Below are positions 24,939 to 37,156 of a stretch of DNA of 64,000 nt, piece after piece. Made by a program: the position numbers and the translations under genes. The DNA is from Geosiphon pyriformis uo1 (Eukaryota; Fungi; Glomeromycota), in the NCBI GenBank assembly GCA_016748015.1, contig JAAOMT010000222.1, positions 189,924-253,923 on the forward strand, read 5' to 3'. Each line of letters opens with the position of its first letter. The stretch's first letter is position 1. Below the pieces are notes generated by a model. That model saw nothing but the letters and a program-made list of their open reading frames with translations, was not told where the DNA came from and did no database searches.

Positions 24939-25616
24939 ATGTTAGCTTTAAAAACAATACCCAAATTATCCATTACTGTTACTGGAAGCCACATTAATTA
25001 TACCCAAACAGAAGTAGTTATAAATTTAGCCACAAATTCACGAAAATATCACCTGTATAAGAAGAACATAAGAAGTTATTCTGAAATTCACCTGCCAGAA
25101 CTTTTAAAGCTTGCTTTAAGAGAAAACTTAATGCTCACTCCTATTAGTATTTCACCAAATGCTACTATTCAACAAAAACTTCAACTGTGTCTTAACAAAG
25201 AAAACTATGACTATACTCCAATATATAGATATTTTTACATTGGAAAAACACTTCATGAACAAAAACGGGAGCTTATAGCAGCAAACCTCACAAAAAAAGC
25301 TATTTGGAAACAACTCCACAACAAATTCAAGACAACAGCTGGACCTACAAACAGTCGTTATAAACTAAGAGCTGCTCTTAGACTTTATGATCTATTCCAC
25401 ACCTGTGAAAATGTCTTACAAAACTTAATTTTACAATCTTTGAAGATTCAATACATTGAAAAGCTCACAGAACTGAAATTTCAACAATTTTCAGACCAAA
25501 TTTCTTTAATAATTTTGGATTATTATCTGAAAATTACAGACAGTACTTGGACTTTGATGGAGCTTAGTCTTGAGAAAAAGATTATGTTACCAGACAAAAT
25601 TAAAGATATTATTTAG
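24939..25616 (+). CDS. G2 ORF3, 225 aa, unknown function, intact frame, overlaps PPT and 3' LTR
   Basis: Open frame with homologues at the same position in G1, G3 and G4; no signal peptide or transmembrane segment evident. Confidence 0.85.
   Translation: MLALKTIPKLSITVTGSHINYTQTEVVINLATNSRKYHLYKKNIRSYSEIHLPELLKLALRENLMLTPISISPNATIQQKLQLCLNKENYDYTPIYRYFYIGKTLHEQKRELIAANLTKKAIWKQLHNKFKTTAGPTNSRYKLRAALRLYDLFHTCENVLQNLILQSLKIQYIEKLTELKFQQFSDQISLIILDYYLKITDSTWTLMELSLEKKIMLPDKIKDII
25572..25580 (+). promoter_or_regulatory. G2 polypurine tract GAGAAAAAG
   Basis: 4 nt upstream of the 3' LTR. Confidence 0.85.
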
Positions 25617-26565
25617 CATGAAATTATCTTTATTTCTATTATTAATTAGCATATATTATTGTTTCAAATTATTACCTATTACATTAGCAAAATGTCCGAA
25701 ATTATCATTTAATTAATAACTCAATTTGTACATAACACAAATGTAACCTAAGTGTAATGATCAATTATGCAATACCCCGAAATATGTAACATTCAAAAGT
25801 TCACCGAAATTTGTAGAAATTTGCCAAAATAATTGACAGTTCACTGAAATATTTAATAGTTTACAGAAATAACTTGTAATTTGCCAAAATGTATCTTTAG
25901 TTTAGCAAAATTGTAGAAAAAAACAAAGTTCAAGTTCATAGAATAGTGTTACGATAAGTTGTATAAAAGAAGAGCTTCTCTCTTCAAGAAAATGTATTTT
26001 ACTTTAGATTTATTACTTAGAACCATTTCTACACACACAAAAAGAAATAAATATCAAATAATTCGAAAAACCAAATTCTTTAATTATTGCACTTGGAAAA
26101 ATCCCCAAAACCCAACTAACATTTTGAAATTGATTAGCTACCAATTTCAGTAAACTGTTAGTGACTCCAGGCCTGAATAGAAAACGTTTCCCTTGACAGA
26201 ATTCTATTTCTTTTACATTTCTTTTATTTTCTTTCTTTTATTTTCTTATTATAATCATTAGGATAGCCTACAGACAAGATTCCTGTAGAAGAGTTGACTT
26301 TCACAGCAAAGTAACTACACATTTTTAGTAAGCTTCTAGACAAGCAATTCCTGGGAAAGAGTTGATGTTTACTACAACGTAACTACATGAAACAACTGAC
26401 ACGGAATTGGCCATTCCACTTATAAGCCCAGCAGTTCAAATTATAGGAGATAATTTGAAGATAAAATTCAGTTATCGGAGGTTCAAACACTTCCCATAGT
26501 CATGAATTAACAGCATTACAACAAACATACAAGAGCTAAGAAGAGACCAAAAACCTTTGGTAACA
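25585..26565 (+). repeat. G2 3' LTR
   Basis: TGTTACCAG...TTGGTAACA; direct repeat of 16723-17703. Confidence 0.96.
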
Positions 26566-29052
26566 ATGAGCACTTGTGTGAATACAGAATTGATACTAAG
26601 TTTGTGGCAAAATCTGGCAAAGTTGAAGCAACTGGTAAAAAGACTTTTTTTTGACAGCTGGCATCTTTGTTAATGATACAATTTAGATTAGAAGTTGTCA
26701 GACTTTCATACAATATATTTTGAATATTGCTAGTGAGTTTTTTGAGATCAATGATATTTCAATTAATAATGACAAAATGGTGGCTATTCCAATCAATCAA
26801 GATGTTAAGTCTGCTTTGTTGCTAATTAATGGCTCACCAATTTCTATTGCTAAAAGAGGTAAAGCACACAGATACTTGGACATTTTTCTATTTACTGAGG
26901 GTTTTTCTAAGCCTAGTCTGGCTTAAGCTCATGTAAATGTTTGGTTTTTTTCTAATGTGGTATTGAAAAAAGCTATTACAGATAAACAATTTTTGTACTT
27001 AGTTTCAGCTGTCTTACAGTTAATTGTTAGTTATAAGACACAATTTAGCTTTGTCTCTTTAAATATGTGTTACAAGTGGGATGTAATAGTCAAAAAGAGT
27101 CTTAGAGCCAAGACTGGTTTGTCATGTAACTTTTTCAGTAAAGTTTTGCATCATTTATTATTGTATAGATTAAAACCTTTTGAGCAAGTACAATCTAAAA
27201 AAAAACTGGCTGTGCTGGTTTTTTTTTCCAATGCCTGTGGTATTCTTGGTTATTTATTTGAGCATAGGTTTTTGGATTTGCAGGTTTTGGAATGATTTTC
27301 TTTGAATTCTTTGCAGTTTCTTGTTAGATTACGTGTTAGTCTAATGAACAATATTTTGGCTGGGGTTGTGAGAATCTTTTTAGAAAATGAGTTGTCTTTA
27401 GTAAACAATCTACTTAGTGCTTTTTATGTACCTGGGAGATTTTTTATGTCTTGTATTTTGGGGCAGCTCTTGTACTATAATTTAGTTCTGTTTTTGAAAA
27501 GGTTTGGTGTGGCTTTTAAAGACAAACTCTTGAACAAAAAAGGGAAGGTGTTGGACTGAAAAACATTTTGATGGTAGAAGAGGCTGGATCTAAGAGGCCC
27601 TGTGTCTTGTTGGTTTGTACTGGCTTCTGAGTTTTTGGTCAAAAATGTTTCTTTAGAAGTTGAGTCTGCTGTGGTTCCTGAGATATCTGTAATAGATGTC
27701 TTAAGATCTGAAGTGTTTTTTAAAGTTTGTGATAGTTTGTTGAAGGTTTGGTTTGATTGTATTGAAATTTACACAGATGGGTCTTTAAAAAGTGCTGGTT
27801 TAGCTGAAGTGATAGGTGGAACAGCTGTTTACTTTTCTGCAGTAGATATGGGTATTAGAGTAAGGGTGAGTGAGATTCTGTCTTCTATTTTAACTGAGTT
27901 GTAAGCAGTTGTTTTGGCTTTGAAGTGCATTCTGTCTTCTTGTTCTATGGTTTTTTATTCAGATAGCCAATCAGTTATCAATGCTTGTGTGTCTGAGGCT
28001 TTGTTGGCTGTGTTCAATTTCTGTAATCATTGCTGGATTGAATGATTGCATATAGTCAATCTTTTTAAAGATAAAAACATTTTAATAAATTAGATAAAAG
28101 TTAAGAGCCATTTGGAAGTGCCAGACAATGTTAAAGCAGACATGCTGATAAGTAAAACTACTTTCTCTTTTTTTTCTTTACTGATTGGAATTTAGGAATG
28201 GTTTTTGGTTGCTAAGAATACTGTCATATCTGGTAATGTTTATTATTTTGTATGCAATATATACCAGTTAATTTCTCATGCCCATTGGAAAACTGGCTCT
28301 AATTTTGATGTGGTTCTAAGTGTTTTAATTAAAAAATAGATTGGAATGCTACTATGAAAGTTTGGCAACTAGATTCACATATGCTTTCTGAATTTACCAG
28401 CCAGAAGTTGGCTATAATGTAAACATACTTGATAAAAGTAGTGCATAAACAGTTGCTAATTACAATTAGGAAAAGGTTGTATAACAAGGGTTATTCTGGA
28501 GTATTATGCTTGTTGTGTGATAAGGTGAAAGTGTCTGATCACACTTTTATGTGTTCTGATAATATTGCTTTCCATGAGGACATTTTGGCTGAAGTTACTG
28601 AGAGATGGGTATCTTTAATTGGTCCTTCCTGCCCATCTATAGCTTTTGTTTTGCATTCACTGTTATCATGTTTCTTAAATATAAGTCTGTACACTGCTAT
28701 TTGCAAAGGCTTTGTTTTAAGAAATTGGTATGCTAAAGCTGTTTTGTGCTTTAAAGGGAAAGAAAAAGCTGCTCTGGCTCTAGTTAATTATGTTAAGTTT
28801 GTGGTAAAGCTGTATTGTGCTAAGATATGGCTTATTAAATCCAAACATAAGATAAATATAGAAAGAGCTGGTTTGGTCAAGGATGATGGTTTGATTTTGG
28901 GCCTGTCTCTGCATTTAATGTCTATATTATCTAATAGAATAATTTATATGTTTGGTGTTATAGAATTTTTTGCAGTTAGCTTTGGTAGACACAAAATGTG
29001 TCATTTTTTTTCTGGTTTGGATAGTGATGTGTGTGTTTACATAGACATATAG
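26566..29052 (+). pseudogene. LINE B ORF2, C-terminal RT, RNase H and CCHC finger
   Basis: Motifs GIFVND, IYTDGSL, LTEL, YSDSQ, KVKSH and CLLCDKVKVSDHTFMC; collinear with LINE A; stop at 29052. Confidence 0.9.
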
Positions 29053-29187
29053 TGTAGTCTTGTTTGGTCCAAGTGACTGACTATATGTAGCAAGTATGTG
29101 AGCTGCATTTAGTTTGATCTACTTAGTTTGGTTCTATGTATTAGATAGCAGTTAGACTTTACTTGTTAAATGCATAATAAAAAAAAA

Positions 29188-30950
29188 TAAATTATTAAAA
29201 ACCTATCAAAAACTTTTGAAATTTTAGAAACATGTTTAGCTAAATGTTTATTTATAATTATTATAACATCAGTATTTAAGTATTTTAAATTTAGACTAAA
29301 AATAAATATTTTTATATCAACAAATTTATTAATAATTTAAAATTTAATATTAAAACAAAAACTTAGTTTTTATAATAATTAAAATATTATTTTTTAATTT
29401 TTTATGTTATCTAATAATATTATTTTGCTTAACAAAAATATTTATGTTTCTAATATTATATGTAGTTATTTTTATATTAAATTACTTATTAAACATAAAA
29501 AAAAGATACTATATTATTATCTAAATAAAAAAATTCAAGTTTATTTAAAATAAACTTTAATAATTTTTTTAAAACTATTATGTTGGTTTCAAACTACCAA
29601 ATTTTAATAATAGAATATTGATATTACTTGTAAAGAAATTTGTAAAATTATGTATTATGTCAGATAAAATTAGAAAATTTAATAATAGTTTATTAACAGC
29701 CATATTTAACAATATATTCAAATCTTATATATGTATTTTATTAATGTTTAAGTCTAACTTAACAACAAAAAAGAGTAAATTAAAGATTTTAACACTTTGT
29801 AAATATATATTTTTAGCAATTAATAGAAGATAAAAAAAAAGAGTTTAATTTATGTAAAAGTTTTATTATTTAGTCAGAAAAAAATTGTAAAAAATATTTT
29901 ATAATATTTAATCAAAAGTCCAAAATTAAAGCTGTAAAATTATTGTTCAAACTGTTTTTTAAACTTATTTTTATTGGTAAATTGCTTAACAGATTTAAAT
30001 AGAAAGCATAAATCATAATATTTATAATAAATATTCAAGTTTTGTTATCAAATAAAATAATTAAAATAATTAAAACTTGTTTTTTAGTATATATGTATAT
30101 AAAAATTATTTATTAGTATTAAAAATAGTTTTTTTGTCATAATTAAGTAAGTTTATAACAGATAAGCAAACACTAAAAATATAACTATTTTTTTATACTT
30201 AATATATATAAGAATTAATAAACCAGTTTAGTTTAAGTTTATATTCTTAAAAACAAAAATCAAATAAACAATATTATTTCTAATAACAATAAAATTAAAA
30301 TACATAACAGCATAATATGCTTATATATAGAAAACTAAATCATAAAAAATAAAGCAAGTTTTCTTATTATAAAATAATAAAAGATCTAAAAAATTATAAA
30401 CAGTAATGTTTATTAGTAATATATATTGAAAAAAACAATAATAGTTTTTTAAGTTTTAAATTTAGTTATTAATATTGACTTTAACTATATGTATAAAGTT
30501 TTTGTCTAATAAAATAAATTATTTAAAAATATTTAGATTTGTAATTTCAATACTTTTAAACTTTACTAATATTTTTTGTCAAAAATTAATTAGTTATATT
30601 TGATTGTTTTAATTTTATTAAACTTAAATAATACCAATTTCAGTGTTAATTTAAACAAATTAATTAGAGTTTTTTTAATAATAATTTCTTAATTTAATCT
30701 GATATTAATTTATTTAAAATTGGCATTTACTAAAATTTTCTTATCAATAATTAATTTTTTAGTCTTAATAAAACTAAATTTGAACATAAATATTAATTAA
30801 ATAATATCATAAAATTTTAAAAAAATAAAAGTTTCTTTAAAATTATCAATCTGTAAAACAATTTTTAATAATTTTAACTTATTTTTCAAATTATTATTAA
30901 GAACAACTAATATATTAAAATTTAAAATAAAAAATTTTATCATATTAAAA
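29188..30950 (-). mobile_element. LINE D relic, right fragment (start of ORF2 and probable ORF1), extremely AT-eroded
   Basis: Reverse complement of ~29200-29490 aligns collinearly to LINE B 4646-4940. The right boundary is only approximate. Confidence 0.6.
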
Positions 30951-32284
30951 ACAGCATTTTTTTAATTAACAAAAAATTTTGAGCTTTTTTAACAGTAGAA
31001 ATTAGTAATAAAAAATTTAAAATCTTATTATTATTTATTGTATTTATTAAAAAAAGATATTATTTTTGTTCTATATAGTATTATATTATTTATATTATTA
31101 GTATTATTATTTTTAAAATTATTTAAATTTATGTAATAAGTCTTTTTAATAATAGAATTATTCAAATTATTGGGTTTTAAAGTTTTGTTAATATTTTTTA
31201 TATTACTTTTTTATGTTTTTATTAGTTAAATCTAAATTGTTTAAAGCCAAAAAACTTATAAATAAGTTAATTATAAACACTTAAGTTGTAATTTTACATG
31301 TTTTTTTGTCAATGCTTTTAAAAGCAAAAGTTAGTAAAAATTTTTTTTTTTTTAGCATTTAAGTAAGTATTTATTTTAATTTTCTTCAAATTTGAAATAT
31401 CAACAGAAAAAACCATTGGTTCTATTATTTTAAAAAGATTAATATTAACAGAAATAATTATTATATAAAAAAAAAATGCAAAAAAAAAATTTCAATAAAA
31501 AAAAGTTTTTTTGCTCTTATTATAATATAAATGGTAATAAACATTACAATTTTGGATATATTAAATAATATTACTTTTTGGTTCTTTTAATTATAACTTC
31601 TTAATGAAAATATTTTGTTGTTGGCTTTGAATATATATTAAATAGTATTATCTCTTTTTTTGATTCTGTAAGTACTTAAATAGCTAATTTTGTTTTTTTT
31701 GTTTTTTTAATATATTATATTTTAATAAATAATAAAATATTTTAATTGTTATTTTAGATAATTTTGTTTATTTTGAAATAATTTCTTGGTTATTAATATA
31801 GTATTATAATTGTTAATATTTTTGTATATTTATTTTTTGACTTATTTTTGGATTGTAATATTCTTAAATTTATTTTACTCTGAATAATTCATTAATATTT
31901 CCATTTTTTTTTCTTTTTTTGTAGTGTACTATATATTTAAATAGTAAAAATTTTATTTTTTATCTTGTATAATAATTGTTTCCAAATTTTTGCTTTTAAA
32001 TTAATGTTAATTTTTTGTGGTCTGTATATATATCGAATTTTTAATTCAAATATTTTTTCTATTTTATTATAGTTTAGTAAATAGTTAAATGTTTTAGTGC
32101 TGAAATACCATATTTTTTTTTGACTGGACTTAAATTTTGGTTAACATATATTATTAAATGTTCTTATTTATTAGATTTTATTATAATAAAACTGTTTTTA
32201 ATATTTGGTCTAATATATTTGTTGTAATAATAAATAGTTTATTATAATCTAAATAAATTAATATTAGAGCTTAAACAAACTTCT

Positions 32285-34555
32285 AAATAAATAAAAACTC
32301 TTTATCTCCTTAATTTTATGACTACGACCAAAGCAAAGAGTAAAAAAGCTGTGCTTGATATCTGTTCTAAGATATCTAATGAAATTTCAACCAGAAAAGC
32401 TCTTTCTGTTGTAGAAGCAACTAGGCAAAACGTTTTAGAAGCCTTCTCTTTACCCAGTAATTGTGATAAGCTGCCTTTGGTAGCCACTGAAACAATTTCC
32501 TCATCTTTGGCTGGTTTCTCATCAGTTAAAGTTCCCTCAAAGAAACACAATTGGGTTAGTCCCAGTGTTGTCTCCATCCCAACTAAGAGCCCAAAAGTTT
32601 TTAATAATAGACCAGTAAATAAGCTGGTTTTTTTTTCTATAGATTCAACTTCTGGTGCTGTTAGTACTATCTTTTCAAAAAAATGGTCAAAAAGACCAAA
32701 GGTTCAGAAAAATGGGGGCAATTTCTTGTCTCTGCTATTGTTACACCGAATATCTTTGTGGTTTCTAATGAGATCTTAGATGAAATTTCTATAATATTAT
32801 TCAGCACATCATCTAAGATAGGCTTAGATCAACTGCTGGCTGTGTTACCAAATATGGTGTCTTCCAATAGATTATCACCAGTTTTAGAAGCAAAACAATT
32901 TTTTCTTGTTAGGTCACCTGTTTTTGAGAACTGGGCTGACCAAATGGAAACTGAATTATCTTCTCCTCTAGTTTCTAGTGCTACTTCTAGTGATGCTTGG
33001 GAAACTATTACTAGTTGTCAAAAGTTTGCTGGGTGGATGGCCTCTACTTTAGTGCTTGGTGCTATTTTTAAGGTCAAATTGGCTTATGTTAAGACTGTTT
33101 TTCAGTCAGTACATGGTTTTTTGGATGCAAAGTCAGTATCAAAAAACAATGTGAAGCTGTTTTGTATAGAGTTTGCTTCTCAAGTGTCTCTGGAAGCTGC
33201 ATTTTTAGTTGAGCTTACAAGCTTTGTACATTTGGTCACTCTCAAAATTGCCAAGTCTTTGGTGGTTTCTGAGTCTGGTTCCTCTTCTGCTGCTGTTGCA
33301 CTGTATGATGTGCTCTTGGGTGTGTCTGTTGCTGACATTAAGATGGCTTTCAGTGTGTTTAGTAGTGTCACTTGTGTTGTGCTGAAGCCTGTTGGCATTT
33401 GGCAGTATGTGGTGGCTTATTTTGAGAAGTTAGACTGTACTGTATCTGCTTTAAATCATTGATCAATCTTGGTGAACAAGAATAGTGTTAGAATCCTCTC
33501 TCTGGTGAATTAAAATAAGACTATTTTGTCTTATAATAAGTTTAAGGCCAAGTTGGTTAATCTTCCTTCTGAATGCACAGCTTTTGAGATTAGTAATATG
33601 ATTTTTTAAGTTGGTAATCAGACTTGTTTTATCTCTCATTCTCTTGAGTCTGGTTATTGTTCCCGGTTTGCTCTAATTATATTTGGTTCTTAAGCTAATT
33701 TAGACTCTGCTATTGTCAAAACTGGTACACTGAAAAAATGCCATATTTGGTGAGAAACTCCTAATTGTTGGTGTTGTTTCAAGTGTCAAGAGCTGGACCA
33801 TCTGGCTGCAAACTGTAAAGTTTCTCTGTCTTTCTCTTCCAAGTTTTTCAAGGTGTTTATGCCACACTTTATTGGTCCTAAGTCTTATGCTAAGGCTTCT
33901 GTTCCCTTAAGCTCCTCTGGATTTCCATCTCTGTTACCTCTTGTTTCTTTTTCAGTTATTGTTGGTGATCTTTTAGTGCTGTTTCATCTGTCTTCTTTGG
34001 AATCTGATTTAACTAAGCTTTCTGTTTTAGTTGAGTCTATTGGCTCTTTGGTTACAACTTTTGAACAGTTTATTAATGGTGATTTGGTTTTAAGTAGTGC
34101 TTTTGGTCTTAGAATCAATGAGGTTTTGGTGCATATAAGTTCCTTTAATAGGACTATTGGTAAGTTGGAAAGGGAAGTGGTTTCTTTGAAAAAGGAATGT
34201 TGCATAGAAGACATTAATATGTCTGGTGATTCAGAGCTTCTGCCTGTTATGGGTAATGAGGTGTTTTCCAACTTAATGTTCCTTTGGGAACATGAATCTG
34301 TTGATGTTAAAACTGATTCTTTTAAAACTGCCAAGTGGCTAGTTGGTTTGGTTTCTTGCAGTGCAACTTTGTTTTCCATTATTCAAAAAATGTCATCTTT
34401 GGGTAAGTTTTCTTCTGTAGCATCAGTATAGTGTGTTTTTAACTGATTTGAGTGACTGATTATGTGTAGAAAACACAAATTTAGATCAATTCTTTGATAT
34501 ATTGTTTTAGGTAGCTTTTGGGCTTCACTTGTTAAACTTTAATAAAAAAAAAAAA
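32285..34555 (+). mobile_element. ORF1-only non-autonomous retroposon (HAL1-like) with LINE-type 3' tail and poly(A)
   Basis: 8-bp TSD AAACTTCT (32277-32284 / 34556-34563), 33-nt 5' UTR, a single ORF1-like gene, 3' UTR alignable to LINE A and B, poly(A); no RT or endonuclease sequence. Confidence 0.9.
32318..34431 (+). pseudogene. LINE ORF1-like protein, about 700 aa (Ser-rich N-terminus, three RRM-like units, CCHC knuckle, coiled coil); one frameshift and several stops
   Basis: Motifs LFCIEFASQ, GIWQYVVAYF, KAKLVNLPS..FALI.F, CFKCQELDHLAANC and LSSLESDLTKL; collinear with but divergent from LINE B ORF1. Confidence 0.85.
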
Positions 34556-36424
34556 AAACTTCTTTTTTAGTGTATTAAAAGCTTTTTGTTATTGTTTAAT
34601 CTATTTATATTTTGTGTTTTTTATTTAGAATTAGTAAAATGATTAAGCCAGTTTAGAAAAGTTGTGAATAAAATAACAGTAATATTTAGCAAATTTCAAA
34701 AAAATTTTTAGTTCTATAAGATTTATTGGTATTAAAAAGTTTTTAACTTTTTTAATTTTGTTTGAATTTGTTTTAATGCTATTTTTATTAATAATATGTT
34801 TTAAAAACTTAAGCTCTGACTTTTCAAAAAAGTATTTAATAATATTTAACTTTAATTCAGCTTTTTTTAATCTTTTAAATATTTGTTAAAGATGATGAAA
34901 ATGATTATTAAATGTTTTGAACAATATATTTGTGTTATTTAAGTATATAATTACTAATTTTTATATTATTTTTATATAAATAATTTTTATTAATTATTGA
35001 AAAGTAATTGGTGTTTTAGTTAAATTAAAAGACATAATATTGAATTTGAAGTTTTTTTTTCTTATAGTAAATACTGTCTTTTCTTTGTTAATTAAATTTA
35101 TGACTATTTATTAATAACTACTATCTAAATTCAATATTAAAAACTATTTTTTTTTGCCAAAAGCATTAAACAATTCTTAAATACATAAATTAAATAACTG
35201 TTATTCTAAATAATACTGTTATGTTTTTTGTAGTTTACACAAAAATAGATTTTTTTATTTTTTTTTTAACAAATATTATTAGTAATTATTATAAATTTAT
35301 AAATAATTAAATTAAACTATTATTTAATATTTAGTTAATTTTTTTATAAATAATTTTCAACTTTAATATTTAAGTATTTAATAATTATTCTAATTAATAA
35401 TTATATTAAATTTTCTATTATGTTGTAAATTAAAATTTTAATATGTTTGTATTTTTTAACTAGTAAATACAAATTGGTAATGTCAATTTTTTCAAATTTG
35501 CAAATAGTTAGTTCTACTTCAAAAACTTGAAATTAATTCTTAATTTTTCTGGTTATTTCTACTATATATTAGTTATATAATAAAAATAATTTCTTTTTGG
35601 TTGATTATTTTTTTTATCATATCTATTAGTATATTATTTTTTCTGATTGATTTAAACTTATTGATTTTTTTGCTATTATTTTCAATTTTTTTTTGTTTTT
35701 ATTAATATTAACTAAACTATTTTAACCAAAAATAAGAATATTGTTTATGTTATTTTTTTATTAAGTTTAATAGTATATGCTTTTTCTGATTTATTTTGTA
35801 GTATTATAATAATGTTTTTTATATAGTCTGTGTTAATTATTATTTTTCTTACACTAATTCTCTTTTTTATCAAACTAGATTTAAAAGCTAATTAAATTAT
35901 AATTGTTGTTAAGATTTTTAATACTACTTTTAAATCTATACAAATATATAAATTGGATTCCAACATAATAGTATTTTTTTCTGAATATTTTAGATTAAAT
36001 TCTGTATTAATATTATGTATATGTTCTAATATAATACTTTTATTATTATTATTAAACCATTAAAATTTTTATTTTATTAAAAGATTTAAAAATGTAATGT
36101 ATTATTCTAAGTTTAAATCAAAATTAGAATTATTGTTGCTATTGTTATTATGAATAGTATTAAAATTAAATTAGGATTGATTTTTGATTTTAATTTTCAT
36201 GTATATTTGTTGATTAATTCTTTTTTTTTAAGAATTAAATAGATTATACAAAGTGGTAGATTGTAAACAATATCATATTTATTGCAATATTTAAAATAAT
36301 ATAGAATTAAACAAATATTTACAAAGTTTTGTATTTAAGTATTTTAATTATTGTTTTTGTTTTTTTTAAATTAGTGTTAATATTTAATAGTATTTATAGA
36401 ATTGTTTAAAGTTATCTATAATAT

Positions 36425-37131
36425 TGTTATGATTGAAACTTATATTTTTTATTAATTATCACATGTATTAGCCACTCTATTTTTAGAAAGTAATCATTGA
36501 CTTGATCAATAACCTGATTATTGACCTGATTAATAACCTGATCATTAATTTAATCATTGACCTAATTATTGACCTAGTTGTTGACCTGATTATTAATTAC
36601 TTTTAATAGCTATATAAGCAATGAATCTTTTAGCTGTAGAAAAGCATGTTAGAAATAAAAAGAAATAAAATAAATAAAATAACAACTTTTATCTCAATTA
36701 TTCTCTTATTGCTAATTTCCCTTTTCCTACCTTCAAGTATCCGAACTTCTTGAGATAAAAGATTACTTGTTGGTTATTTTTTATTCTTTTTCTGAAATGT
36801 TTAATTGTAGTATTTGAAGATTATTAAATAAAACGTAACTGAAAAGTACATCTGATATCTGATATTGAATTCTAAAAGTGCTAACATGAGGCATAAAATT
36901 ATAACAGGCATGATTATTTGTTAACAGTATAAACTATCCTTCTACTTTCAAATTCTCTGGTTATCTTTTAAAAAGTATAGTGACTGAGATATTTTATAAG
37001 ACTGATCTCACACATTGAATCCATACTTATTCAATTTGCTCTTTGAAGTTGAATTCTCTTTGATTTCTTTTATTACCCTACAATTTTGTTCTTCCTTGCT
37101 ATTCATTAGCTTGTTACTCCAACTTGTAACA
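36425..37131 (+). repeat. G4 5' LTR (707 bp)
   Basis: TGTTA...TAACA; direct repeat of 52943-53586. Confidence 0.94.
36494..36600 (+). repeat. 12-bp tandem repeat (TCATTGACCTGA), 8 copies plus a partial, inside the G4 5' LTR
   Basis: Units read directly; the 3' LTR has only one copy plus a partial. Confidence 0.9.
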
Positions 37132-37137
37132 TAAAAG

Positions 37138-37156
37138 TGGTGCTCCCTGTAAGGTT
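37138..37156 (+). promoter_or_regulatory. G4 primer binding site TGGTGCTCCCTGTAAGGTT
   Basis: 6 nt after the LTR end; tRNA 3'-complementary pattern extending toward the T-arm. Confidence 0.8.

Larger units (their letters stand above)
16723..26565 (+). mobile_element. G2: full-length Ty3/Gypsy-like element, same family group as G1
   Basis: Two 981-bp LTRs, TSD ATGA (16719-16722 / 26566-26569), PBS, PPT and the same domain order as G1. Confidence 0.96.
3004..29187 (+). mobile_element. LINE B: apparently full-length non-LTR retrotransposon in three pieces (3004-5477, 15350-16722, 26566-29187), split by G1 and G2
   Basis: ORF2 reading frame is restored across both insertions after removing one TSD copy (KLL/VRSNTF; KIKKH/EHLCEYRID). 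ORF1, endonuclease, RT, RNase H, CCHC, 3' UTR and A tail are all present. The 5' boundary is approximate. Confidence 0.92.

Noticed and set aside
24939-25616. ORF3 as an envelope gene
   Set aside because: Too short, with no signal peptide, transmembrane anchor or cleavage motif.
29188-32284. Very AT-rich tract as centromere core or organellar insertion
   Set aside because: Largely resolves into eroded LINE D and G5 sequence.
36494-36600. Tandem arrays (12-mer, 20-bp U3 array, 10-mer at 60700) as CRISPR
   Set aside because: Eukaryotic LTR context, units too short, no unique spacers and no cas genes.
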